From an uncultured Vicinamibacteraceae bacterium (GTDB lineage: Bacteria > Acidobacteriota > Vicinamibacteria > Vicinamibacterales > UBA8438): DNA of 64,000 bases. The stretch covers positions 12,347 through 76,346 of the forward strand of contig CAYFFV010000009.1 in the NCBI GenBank assembly GCA_964342695.1, in the 5' to 3' direction. This document shows positions 30,892 to 40,157 of this stretch, piece by piece; the stretch's first letter is position 1; every line of letters starts with the position of its first letter. The notes under the pieces were generated by a model. The model was not told where the DNA came from. It did not search any database and worked only from the letters and a program-made list of their open reading frames with translations. Position numbers and translations under genes: made by a program.

Positions 30892-31659
30892 ATGGACATT
30901 TTCTGGGCTGCTTGCTCCGACCCCGGTCTTTGTCGTGCACAGAATGAAGATTCTTTTTGTGCACGTCAAGAGTTGGGTTTATACGTGGTGGCTGATGGTG
31001 TTGGTGGTAATGTGGGAGGAGACGTTGCTTCGCAACTTGTTGTGGAAGTAATCACACGAGAAATTCAACAAGGAATAGTTGCGGGAACTTTCAAGGCCGA
31101 ACCTAATATTTCTGAAGTACCGAAGCAAATTAATCGAAAGCGTCTCTCCTCAAGCGTTGCAGCTGCGAACAAGAAAATTTTTGATCATACATCGAGCACG
31201 CCAGTTCTTCGAGGTATGGCGACCACCGTGGCGGCCGTCTTGGTAGAGGGGCTTTCTATGGTAGTGGCTCATGTTGGTGACAGCCGCGTTTATCTGCATC
31301 GAAATGGTCACCTTAGACGATTGACAGACGATCACTCTTGGGTGGCGGAACAGATGCGGGCAGGGGTTCTCTCTGAAAAGGAGGCCCAAGATCATCCGTT
31401 GCGTAATGTTGTTACAAGAGTTTTGTCCGGTGAAAATTCGGTTAATGTTCAGGTTTCAGATTTTGATTTATTAGAGGGAGACCGAGTACTTTTATGTTCG
31501 GATGGTTTATCTTCTGTGCTTTCCGATCCGATTATTTCAACCGTGTTGTCAGAAAAAAAAGAGAGGCAATATTTGTGCGACGAATTAGTGCGCCGCGTGA
31601 ATAATAGTGGCGGTCCTGATAATGTAACTATCGTAATTTTTGACGTTTATGTTAGTTAA
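30892..31659 (+). CDS. PP2C-family Ser/Thr protein phosphatase
   Basis: CSDPGLCRAQNEDSF, VVADGVGG, MATTVAAVL...VAHVGDSRVYL, LLCSDGL, and GGPDNVTIVIFDV. Confidence 0.85.
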   Translation: MDIFWAACSDPGLCRAQNEDSFCARQELGLYVVADGVGGNVGGDVASQLVVEVITREIQQGIVAGTFKAEPNISEVPKQINRKRLSSSVAAANKKIFDHTSSTPVLRGMATTVAAVLVEGLSMVVAHVGDSRVYLHRNGHLRRLTDDHSWVAEQMRAGVLSEKEAQDHPLRNVVTRVLSGENSVNVQVSDFDLLEGDRVLLCSDGLSSVLSDPIISTVLSEKKERQYLCDELVRRVNNSGGPDNVTIVIFDVYVS

Positions 31660-32461
31660 TCTTCGTCGCTTGTTTCGGTATCGGGGACTTATACAAACGC
31701 TGGTTGCTCGTGAACTCAAAGCGAGGTATCGAGGATCTGTGCTTGGATTTTTTTGGTCATTTGCAAATCCCTTATTGTTGCTGCTTGTCTACACTTTCGT
31801 TTTTTCGGTCATTCTTCCTGGCTTTCGAGGAGGAGATCTTGAGCCGTACGCTTTATTCCTTTTTTGTGGTCTGTTGCCTTGGACATGGTTTTCTTCGGCT
31901 CTGCTTGAGTCTTCCAATGTTCTCATCGCGAATGGAAATCTAATTAAGAAAGTGATGTTTCCTGCTGAGATATTGCCGATAGTTTCTGTGCTTTCGAATA
32001 TGTTTCATTTCTTTTTTGCAATACCAGTACTTACGTTATTCCTTTTATTTTATGGTTTAAATGGCCAGCTGCCAGGAACAATTAATTTCACAGAATTGAT
32101 TTGGCTTCCAGTTGTTGTGATGGTGCAGTTTTTGTTAACCCTTGGATTCGGATTGATCTTAGCTGCGTTAACTGTTCACTTTAGAGATCTCAAGGATTTG
32201 CTGGGAAATTTACTTACCTTATGGTTCTTTGCCACACCAATAATCTATCCGATGAGTATGCTCCCTTCGGGCGGTAAGTTTTTGATGGATCTTAATCCCA
32301 TGGCCCACCTAGCAATTTCTTATCAAGAAATTCTCTTTTATGATGGGCCTTTTGGCCACTGGAAGTGGTTAATTGTTTTGGCTATTCTTGCTGTAGGTTT
32401 GACACTTTTGGGATACGCACTTTTCGATCGATTACGTGATTCGTTTGCGGAGGAAGTATGA
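31640..32461 (+). CDS. ABC-2 type polysaccharide/polyol-phosphate exporter permease (Wzm/TagG-like)
   Basis: ARELKARYRGSVLGFFWSFANPLL is the ABC-2 (Wzm/TagG) signature start, followed by 6 TM helices. The likely start is ATG 31649, which overlaps the PP2C stop by 11 nt. Confidence 0.85.
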   Translation: MTFMLVNLRRLFRYRGLIQTLVARELKARYRGSVLGFFWSFANPLLLLLVYTFVFSVILPGFRGGDLEPYALFLFCGLLPWTWFSSALLESSNVLIANGNLIKKVMFPAEILPIVSVLSNMFHFFFAIPVLTLFLLFYGLNGQLPGTINFTELIWLPVVVMVQFLLTLGFGLILAALTVHFRDLKDLLGNLLTLWFFATPIIYPMSMLPSGGKFLMDLNPMAHLAISYQEILFYDGPFGHWKWLIVLAILAVGLTLLGYALFDRLRDSFAEEV

Positions 32462-33804
32462 AACCTGCTATCGAATTGAAAGACGTATCAAAAGTGTACA
32501 GGAGGTACGCTTACCGCCGACAGTTTTCAACCTTAAAGAGTGCCCTTCTTCGGGGAAGCCTAGCTAGTGATTTCAGTCCAGAGGAAACTTTTTCTGCTGT
32601 TGATAAGGTTTCATTTCAAGTCACAAAAGGAAGTGCATTTGGCATCGTGGGCCGCAATGGTTCAGGTAAAAGCACGATGTTGAAACTTATCGCAGGTATT
32701 ACCAAGCCAACAGCAGGCTTTCTCTCAGTGCAGGGACGTATTTCAGCATTGATCGAGCTGGGGGCAGGTTTTCATCCAGAAATATCGGGACGCGAGAACG
32801 TTTTTATTAATGGGGTTATGCTTGGGTTAACTAAGCGTGAGATTTCGCGCCGATTTGATGAAATCGTGGAATTTGCTGAACTTGAAGATTTTATCGATGC
32901 ACCGGTTAAAACCTATTCATCGGGTATGTATATGCGATTAGGTTTCGCAGTGGCTGTTCATGTGGATCCGGATGTTTTGCTGGTTGATGAAGTTTTGGCT
33001 GTAGGTGACGAGGGTTTTAGTCTGAAGTGTATTGATAAGTTCTCCGAGTACAAGCGACGCGGCAAGACCATTGTTCTCGTAACGCATGGCCTGGGCATGG
33101 TAGAACGTTTTTGCGACGAAGCTCTTTGGTTGGACGGAGGAGCTCTCCGCGGAATCGGAGATCCACGGCGGGTTGTTCATGAATATGTAAATGAAATAGG
33201 TAAAACGGAGGAACGAGTATTAGCTTTGGGGGACCAAAAAGCTCAGGAGGCGGTTGGCAGTACGGTAAGCGAAGACATTGAGAAGAACCAAGAGCGTGGT
33301 GAAAATATGGTTCCGCGAGAAGAGCCTAAAGATATGTTTCGTGCGGCAGAAGGGCGTTGGGGACCAGGTCCGGTAAAGATTGTTAAGGTCCTTCTAGAAG
33401 GTGACGACGGACGGCGTCATGTTTTTCAATCAGGCGATCGATTCGTGGTCAGGATGCGTATAAATTCCCCAGAAGAAGTAAAAGATTTTGTTTTTGGAGT
33501 CAGTATTTTCAATTCAGAGGGAGTTTGTTGTTACGGGACGAACACTTTTATTGAGGAAATGCAGTCCACTTCACTTAGCGGCGATGGTGAGGTTCTATTT
33601 TCCATTGATCGTCTTGATCTTGTAGAGGGAACCTATAAGCTTGACGTTGCTACACACAACAGAGACGGTTTTCAGTACGATTATCATCGTTTATTGTATA
33701 CATTCCGAGTGAAGTCGAGAACCAAAGACACTGGTATCTATAGACCAGGGCATTCTTGGAGCTTTACTCCGAACATCAAATTTGATTCCTCTAAACGGTC
33801 CTAA
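32458..33804 (+). CDS. ABC exporter ATP-binding protein (Wzt/TagH-like) with a C-terminal extension of about 200 aa
   Basis: Walker A GRNGSGKST, signature YSSGMYMRLGFA, Walker B LLVDEVLAVGD. Residues from about 250 to 448 form an extra domain in the position of the Wzt glycan-binding domain. ATGA overlap with the permease. Confidence 0.9.
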   Translation: MKPAIELKDVSKVYRRYAYRRQFSTLKSALLRGSLASDFSPEETFSAVDKVSFQVTKGSAFGIVGRNGSGKSTMLKLIAGITKPTAGFLSVQGRISALIELGAGFHPEISGRENVFINGVMLGLTKREISRRFDEIVEFAELEDFIDAPVKTYSSGMYMRLGFAVAVHVDPDVLLVDEVLAVGDEGFSLKCIDKFSEYKRRGKTIVLVTHGLGMVERFCDEALWLDGGALRGIGDPRRVVHEYVNEIGKTEERVLALGDQKAQEAVGSTVSEDIEKNQERGENMVPREEPKDMFRAAEGRWGPGPVKIVKVLLEGDDGRRHVFQSGDRFVVRMRINSPEEVKDFVFGVSIFNSEGVCCYGTNTFIEEMQSTSLSGDGEVLFSIDRLDLVEGTYKLDVATHNRDGFQYDYHRLLYTFRVKSRTKDTGIYRPGHSWSFTPNIKFDSSKRS

Positions 33805-36800
33805 GGTTTCAGTGCTTAAGGGTTCCCGCGAGTCTCTCGAGTTTTCATCGACAACGTTCACTGGTGTGCTGCAAGAGCAAATCAAAAAGACTCACACTGA
33901 CGCGGTTCCTCTCGTTACGGGCCTTTCAAATTCTGCGCAGGCTTTTGTGCTGGCTTCCGTTGCACTCAAGTCTAAGATCTTTGCCGTTATACCTGTGGAT
34001 TCGGCCTTAGATGAATTCACAGCGGACGTAAGATTTTTTTATGGTGCTTTGGCTGGGCTTTCCGGGGAGACTCTTGAACAATTGGTCGTACCTTTTCCGT
34101 CCCTTGAGACGGATCCATATCGGGCGATCGAGCCTCACTTTAAGGTGACTTCCGATCGTGCTCGAACGTTGACTTTAATGAATTCAGGCTCTGCTCGAGT
34201 GGTAATCGCTCCCGTTAGAGCAATTTCTTCACGCCTCAGTGCACCGGGGCGTCTAAAGTTGGCCGTAACTGAGCTCCACGTGGCCGCTGATTTTGCTCTA
34301 ACCGATTTAATGGATATTCTTGCTGATGGTGGATTTTCTCCTAGCGATCCGGTTGATCAGCATGGTGAGTTCTGTGTGCGAGGTGGGGTACTAGATTTTT
34401 TTCCGGCGGGAGAGGATTATCCGGTTAGAGTCGAATTCCTTGGCGACACCATTGAATCAATTAGGCAGTTTGATCCAGAAAGCCAACGTTCAGTTAAGAG
34501 TCTAACGAATGTATTAGTGATGCCAACGAGAACCGTGTTTGAGGATGGGGAAGTTTCTGAGCGCAGAGATTCTTCCATTTTTAATAGGGAGTCAAGTGTA
34601 TTCGATTATATAGATGACCGGTCAACTTTAATTTATGTTTCTGAGTCGTCCGAGTGTTTTGAGCGTCTTGAAAAACAACATAATCAAATAGAAAAAAGTT
34701 ATCAGCTGGCCCTGAATCAGGGAAGAACACCAGATGCGCCTAATTCTTTGTTTTTAAGTCTTAAAGATGTTGATAGTTATTTAAGAACGGCTATGCGTTT
34801 CGAGAGATTAGGTTACGAGGGCGAACATAATCTTAGGGAAATTATTTGCCAGCCGGTTCTTTCGTTTCATGGGCGTGTTTCTGACTGGCTGAAAGAGATA
34901 AAAGATGGAAGGGAGCGAAGTGAGATTCAAATATTTGTTGCTTCTTCGATAGGAACGCGCCAGAGAATTAGGGAATTTGTCGAAGAAGCGGGAATTGAGT
35001 GCTCTGATGGTGATTCAACTGATGAGGTTTCGGAGGGAACTCAAAAAAAGTTTCTCTTGACCACAGGGCAATTATCGAAAGGTTTTAGGTTCAGTGAGAC
35101 AGGTCTATCCATTTACACAGAGTCAGATCTTTTTGACCAAGAGATCAGGACTTCTCCACGCGTTGCATCAAGATCGTTTCTTTCAGACCTTAGGGACTTA
35201 AAGGTAGGAGACTACGTAGTTCACGTGGACCACGGAATAGGCAGGTTTGTGGGTCTGAAACAGATGGCAGTGGCCTCCACAGCTCATGAATTGATGGAGG
35301 TCCGTTACGCTGAGGCAGACAAGCTTTTTGTACCTGTACAGCAGCTTGAGCTTATCCAGAAATACACAGGAAGTTCTCAGCCGACCCTAGATAGACTAGG
35401 GAGCACAAGCTGGGAAAAGACGAAGAGTCGCGTACGCAGTAGCGTGCGGGACATGGCTCAGGAATTACTCAGATTGTATGCTTCTAGGAGGACAGTCAAT
35501 GGTTTCTGCTTTTCACCAGATACACATTGGCAGTCAGAGTTTGAAGCTGCGTTTACTCATGATCTCACGGCCGATCAAAAAACTGCGGTAACAGACATTA
35601 AGAAGGATATGGAATCTTCAGCGTCCATGGACCGACTTCTTTGCGGAGATGTTGGCTATGGAAAGACTGAGGTTGCACTGCGCGCAGCTTTCAAGGCCAT
35701 TATGGATAGTAAACAGGTTGCCCTGCTGGCGCCAACAACCGTTTTGGCTTTTCAACACTACAAGACGATAGTTGAAAGGTTTGCTGCTTTTCCAGTTCGA
35801 GTTGAGATGGTGAGTCGACTTCGCAGCAGGTCGGCCCAAAAGAAAATTTTGGCTGACTTAGCCACTGGAAAAATAGATATCATTGTTGGAACGCACCGTC
35901 TCTTATCGAAGGATATTAAATTTCACGATCTTGGTTTGCTTGTTGTTGACGAAGAGCAAAGGTTTGGTGTTGGCCACAAAGAAAAAATTAAACAAATACA
36001 ACAGAATCTCGACGTCTTAACTTTGACCGCAACACCAATCCCTAGAACGTTAAACATGTCTTTGATGGGTATCCGAGATATGTCGGTAATTGAAACCCCA
36101 CCGAAAGACCGATTATCGATTCAGACGAATGTAGTGAAATTTGATAAGGAAGTAATAGAACGTGCTATCCGCATGGAATTGGATCGCCAGGGACAAATCT
36201 ATTTTGTACATAATCGGATAGATTCAATCTATGCCATGTGTGATTTGGTTAAGCGACTAGTTCCGGGGCTCAGGCTAGCGGTTGCCCATGGACAATCAAC
36301 GGAAATAGAACTAGAACGAGTTATGGTTGGTTTTATTAATCATGAATATGACCTTCTTTTATCTACTACAATAATTGAAAACGGGCTCGATATTCCAAAT
36401 GTCAACACAATAATTATCAATCATGCAGAACGGTACGGACTATCCCAACTGTATCAATTACGGGGAAGGGTGGGCCGCTCAGATCGACGAGCCTATGCGT
36501 ACTTTTTAGTGCCCGCAGAAGACCAGCTTTCACAGGTAGCCAATCAACGGTTAGCGGCGATGAAAGAGTTCAGTACTCTTGGTAGTGGTTTTCGTGTGGC
36601 TGCGTTAGACCTAGAAATACGTGGAGCAGGAAATCTACTTGGCGCACAGCAGAGTGGCCATATCGAAGCGATAGGTTTTGATATGTACGTGAAATTACTT
36701 GAGGAAACTGTACAAGAGTTAAAGGGCGAGAGCGTTAGTGATGTTAAAAAATCGACCGTTAATCTTGGTGTTGACCTTCGAATAGATGAAAACTATATTC

Positions 36801-37288
36801 CTGATACAACTCAGCGACTAAGTGTTTATCGACGGATTGCTGATGCACCTGATGTAGAAATTCTAGAAACCATAATTGAGGAACTTTCAGATCGGTATGG
36901 CCCCCTGCCTTTCTCAGTTGTCCAATTAGTGGAATACGGAAAAATAAGGGTGCGCTCGAGTCGGCTTGGCATCGAATCTATAGATCGAGAGCGTGACATT
37001 TTGGTAGTACGATTTGGGGACAATTCCGCCGTTAAGCCGGAGCGCTTAATTGCCTTTGTTCAATCCTGCGCTGCGGTGACCTTGTCTCCGCCGGCAGTTC
37101 TTCGAGTAAACCTTAAAGCGCTCGCTAATAAAAGTGTTGGGGTCTCAAAATCCATCCCGGAAAGTGAAAAATCTTCTTGGTGGATTGAACCCAAAAGAAA
37201 AAAGTCAAAGAAAGAGCTAGATCACACAGCTACAGAGATTCTTTTTGGTCAGGTCACTGATTTCTTGGATGATTTGGGTGCTTTATAA
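33782..37288 (+). CDS. mfd: Transcription-repair coupling factor Mfd
   Basis: UvrB-homology N-terminus, RNAP-interaction region (DYVVHVDHGIGRFVG), helicase motifs (CGDVGYGKTEVA, VVDEEQRFG, LTLTATPIPRT, QLYQLRGRVGRS) and a TRCF C-terminal domain. The start may be GTG 33812, after the upstream stop. Confidence 0.95.
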   Translation: MIPLNGPKVSVLKGSRESLEFSSTTFTGVLQEQIKKTHTDAVPLVTGLSNSAQAFVLASVALKSKIFAVIPVDSALDEFTADVRFFYGALAGLSGETLEQLVVPFPSLETDPYRAIEPHFKVTSDRARTLTLMNSGSARVVIAPVRAISSRLSAPGRLKLAVTELHVAADFALTDLMDILADGGFSPSDPVDQHGEFCVRGGVLDFFPAGEDYPVRVEFLGDTIESIRQFDPESQRSVKSLTNVLVMPTRTVFEDGEVSERRDSSIFNRESSVFDYIDDRSTLIYVSESSECFERLEKQHNQIEKSYQLALNQGRTPDAPNSLFLSLKDVDSYLRTAMRFERLGYEGEHNLREIICQPVLSFHGRVSDWLKEIKDGRERSEIQIFVASSIGTRQRIREFVEEAGIECSDGDSTDEVSEGTQKKFLLTTGQLSKGFRFSETGLSIYTESDLFDQEIRTSPRVASRSFLSDLRDLKVGDYVVHVDHGIGRFVGLKQMAVASTAHELMEVRYAEADKLFVPVQQLELIQKYTGSSQPTLDRLGSTSWEKTKSRVRSSVRDMAQELLRLYASRRTVNGFCFSPDTHWQSEFEAAFTHDLTADQKTAVTDIKKDMESSASMDRLLCGDVGYGKTEVALRAAFKAIMDSKQVALLAPTTVLAFQHYKTIVERFAAFPVRVEMVSRLRSRSAQKKILADLATGKIDIIVGTHRLLSKDIKFHDLGLLVVDEEQRFGVGHKEKIKQIQQNLDVLTLTATPIPRTLNMSLMGIRDMSVIETPPKDRLSIQTNVVKFDKEVIERAIRMELDRQGQIYFVHNRIDSIYAMCDLVKRLVPGLRLAVAHGQSTEIELERVMVGFINHEYDLLLSTTIIENGLDIPNVNTIIINHAERYGLSQLYQLRGRVGRSDRRAYAYFLVPAEDQLSQVANQRLAAMKEFSTLGSGFRVAALDLEIRGAGNLLGAQQSGHIEAIGFDMYVKLLEETVQELKGESVSDVKKSTVNLGVDLRIDENYIPDTTQRLSVYRRIADAPDVEILETIIEELSDRYGPLPFSVVQLVEYGKIRVRSSRLGIESIDRERDILVVRFGDNSAVKPERLIAFVQSCAAVTLSPPAVLRVNLKALANKSVGVSKSIPESEKSSWWIEPKRKKSKKELDHTATEILFGQVTDFLDDLGAL

Positions 37289-37335
37289 AAGAAGAGCTAG
37301 AATTTATCGATAGACAGCCTTAACGGAGTTTCATT

Positions 37336-38400
37336 ATGCAATTGATCATATTTAATTTACTAGCAGTTTTTATTTGGGTGTTCGCCGTTTCAGTGCAGGC
37401 CCAAGAAAATTCTGATCAGGTTCAGACGACTCCAGGAGCGCGGATAATTGAACGGATCCTTGTGAAAGTCAATGGGGAGATTATCACGCAAAGTGATTTG
37501 GAAGATCGTCAGGTTGCAGCGATTCGCGCGAGAGGCGTACAACCAAGCACAAACGCAGAATTGTTTCAGCTAATTAATGAAGTTACGCCAGAGGTGCTAG
37601 CTGCTGCGGTTGAAGAACTTCTTTTGATTCAGAGAGGAAAGGAGCTTGGCTATCAGCTTTCTGATGATCAATTCAGAGATTTCGTTGACAATTTGAAAGA
37701 GGAAAATGGATTTGAAACAGACGAGGAATTTGCTGAAACATTAGAGCGGCAGGAAGGCATGACTTTTGATGATTTTCGTCGATTGATTGAAAAGCAGATG
37801 TTGGCCAGTCAAGTACAGCAAGTGGAGATACTTAATCGAGTATCGATTACGGATGTGGAGGCAAGAGAATATTACGACGAGCATATTGATGAATTTACTG
37901 ATCCTGCTACTACTACGTTGCGGGAGATTTCACTTTCTATTCCAGAAACTGACACTGTGAACGTGGTGGCTGAGAGTGCTACAAGAAAGAAAATGGAAGA
38001 GATTATAGAAAGATTAGTTCAAGGTGAAGATTTTGCCACGTTGGCCCGTCAGGTTTCAGACAGTCCTTCGAAAGCCAATGGCGGTTTGATAGGTCCATTC
38101 GAGCTTACAGAAATATCAGCGGAAATTCAGGAATTGATTGGGACGCTTGAAGTTGGAGATATAAGCGATTTGAGACGGACACCTCAAGGTTATCAGTTAT
38201 TAAAGCTTGAAGAACAGACGGCGGCGGTTGCGCAACCGTTTGACGAGGTGCGTTCTCAAATATCAAATAGTGTTTTTAATGATCGCCGTCGCCAAGAATA
38301 CCAAGAATACTTGGAGGAGTTGCGCGAAGAAGCCATTATTGAATGGAAAAGTGAGGATCTAAGAAAAGCCTATGAAGAATTAAGAGAAATAGGGCAGTAA
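37336..38400 (+). CDS. SurA-like periplasmic chaperone / parvulin peptidyl-prolyl isomerase
   Basis: Signal peptide (AVFIWVFAVSVQAQ), a SurA-N-like helical region, and one parvulin domain (FATLARQVSDSPSKANGGLIGPF...TPQGYQLLKLEE). Confidence 0.75.
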   Translation: MQLIIFNLLAVFIWVFAVSVQAQENSDQVQTTPGARIIERILVKVNGEIITQSDLEDRQVAAIRARGVQPSTNAELFQLINEVTPEVLAAAVEELLLIQRGKELGYQLSDDQFRDFVDNLKEENGFETDEEFAETLERQEGMTFDDFRRLIEKQMLASQVQQVEILNRVSITDVEAREYYDEHIDEFTDPATTTLREISLSIPETDTVNVVAESATRKKMEEIIERLVQGEDFATLARQVSDSPSKANGGLIGPFELTEISAEIQELIGTLEVGDISDLRRTPQGYQLLKLEEQTAAVAQPFDEVRSQISNSVFNDRRRQEYQEYLEELREEAIIEWKSEDLRKAYEELREIGQ

Positions 38401-38403
38401 TTT

Positions 38404-38427
38404 CACAGCTTTTCTTCTTAAGCTGTG
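38404..38427 (+). terminator. Hairpin after the SurA-like gene (possible terminator or RNA processing site)
   Basis: CACAGCTT (38404-38411), an 8-nt loop, then AAGCTGTG (38420-38427). The stem is a perfect 8 bp starting 4 nt after the stop. No immediate U-run follows. Confidence 0.35.
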
Positions 38428-38448
38428 CAGTGATCCGAGTTCTTTCTA

Positions 38449-39525
38449 TTGGCAATCGAGACGATTATGAAAATTGGAAAAGTTAAGCTTGAATCGCCTT
38501 TTGCACTCGCTCCCATGGCGGGAATGACGGATACAGCTTTTCGGCGTTTAGTTAAAGAGCGTGGCGGCTGTGGGCTTGTTGTTACGGAAATGGTTAGTTC
38601 CGAAGGTTTGGTAAGGGGTATCGATCGGACATTAGAGTATGCGGAGTATACAGAAGAAGAACGCCCTGTCTCGATTCAGATTTTTGGTGGTAGTCCTCAC
38701 ACCATGTCAGAAGCCGCAAAGATAGTTGAAAACATGGGGGCTGATATTGTTGATGTGAACATGGGTTGCCCTGTCCGAAAAATTGCTAAACATAATGCTG
38801 GTTGTAGCTTGATGAAGGATCCTTTGCATGCTGCGAAAGTAGTTAGGACTATGAGTAAGGCTGTTAAGATTCCTGTTACCGTGAAGATGCGAGCTGGGTG
38901 GGATGACAGTCAGATCAACGCACCGTTCATGGCTCGATTGATGGAAGATGCGGGAGCTTCGGCTGTTGCGGTGCACGGACGCACGGCGGCTCAGTCTTAT
39001 AAGGGACTTTCTGATTGGGGATTGATCGATGAAGTTTCTCACGGTGTCTCGATTCCTGTTTTTGGAAGCGGGGATTGTGTGACAGCGGATCAGTTGATAA
39101 CGAAAATGAGCAAGACGGAAGTGTCCGGGATACTTGTAGGTCGAGGCGCTCTTAGAAATCCATGGATTTTCCGGCAAACAATGAATCTAGATTCTGGGGT
39201 GGATCCTTACATGGTTACGGAAAAGGATCGGGGTGAGTTCTTATTAAAGTATATCGATATGTTGGTTAACGAGGGTGTAGATGAGTGTGCGGGTTTTCGG
39301 CATCGTGTTGCGAATAATGAACGGTTCTCTTTTCCCTCTACTAAAGGTCGTGAACGCTGGGTAGTCAACAAGTTGCGTGCACTTGCTTCATGGTATACAA
39401 AAGGATTTCAGGGTGGAGCCTCTTTACGAATGTCCATTAATCAGGCTCAATCGATTCAAGAACTTCGCGACTTGGTGCAAAGGTTTTTCCTTGAACCAAA
39501 CCCCGTTGAAAGTCTTTTACCATGA
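38449..39525 (+). CDS. dusB: tRNA dihydrouridine synthase (DusB/NifR3-like)
   Basis: LAPMAGMTDTAFRRL, VDVNMGCPVRKI, VTVKMRAGWD and AVAVHGRT. The likely start is ATG 38467. The subfamily assignment is by resemblance only. Confidence 0.8.
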   Translation: MAIETIMKIGKVKLESPFALAPMAGMTDTAFRRLVKERGGCGLVVTEMVSSEGLVRGIDRTLEYAEYTEEERPVSIQIFGGSPHTMSEAAKIVENMGADIVDVNMGCPVRKIAKHNAGCSLMKDPLHAAKVVRTMSKAVKIPVTVKMRAGWDDSQINAPFMARLMEDAGASAVAVHGRTAAQSYKGLSDWGLIDEVSHGVSIPVFGSGDCVTADQLITKMSKTEVSGILVGRGALRNPWIFRQTMNLDSGVDPYMVTEKDRGEFLLKYIDMLVNEGVDECAGFRHRVANNERFSFPSTKGRERWVVNKLRALASWYTKGFQGGASLRMSINQAQSIQELRDLVQRFFLEPNPVESLLP

Positions 39526-39620
39526 TTTTTCCTGTTTGCGGAGAAATCAATCCTGAAGGCCCAATCTAAAATCGAGTCATTCTTAACAATATTCACCGGA
39601 ATTCTCCAAAAATATTTCTA

Positions 39621-40127
39621 ATGGTCATCTCAAATGTTGCTCAGCAGATAGAAAAAATTGATTGGGGTAAATGGAAGCCCGTGGATGAAGCCACTCTGAT
39701 TTTTGTGATTAGACGTAACCAAATATTACTAATTCGAAAAAAACGTGGTTTAGGCGCAGGTAAGATTAATGGCCCCGGTGGAAGGCTTGAAAAAGGTGAA
39801 ACCCCGGACGATTGTGTGGCCCGAGAGCTTTATGAGGAGTTGTGCATAAGGCCAGTCAAACCCGTCAAGTTCGGAGAACATAGATTTCAATTCCTTGATG
39901 GGTACTCGATTTATGTTCATGTTTACCAAGCTTCTGGTTATATAGGAACACCGATAGAAACCGAAGAAGCGATACCGATGTGGTTTTCCATAGATGCCAT
40001 TCCCTTTGATGAAATGTGGGAAGATGATAGGTTGTGGTTACCGTTGTTGCTTGAGGAGAAACACTTTTCAGGTTACTGGATTTTTGAAAACGACCGAATG
40101 ATAGATCATCGGCTGGTGACAAGGTGA
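39621..40127 (+). CDS. Nudix hydrolase (MutT-like)
   Basis: Nudix box GPGGRLEKGETPDDCVARELYEELCI. Confidence 0.8.
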   Translation: MVISNVAQQIEKIDWGKWKPVDEATLIFVIRRNQILLIRKKRGLGAGKINGPGGRLEKGETPDDCVARELYEELCIRPVKPVKFGEHRFQFLDGYSIYVHVYQASGYIGTPIETEEAIPMWFSIDAIPFDEMWEDDRLWLPLLLEEKHFSGYWIFENDRMIDHRLVTR

Positions 40128-40157
40128 TGTGCAGAATAGGTTTTCGCTAATCGATAT

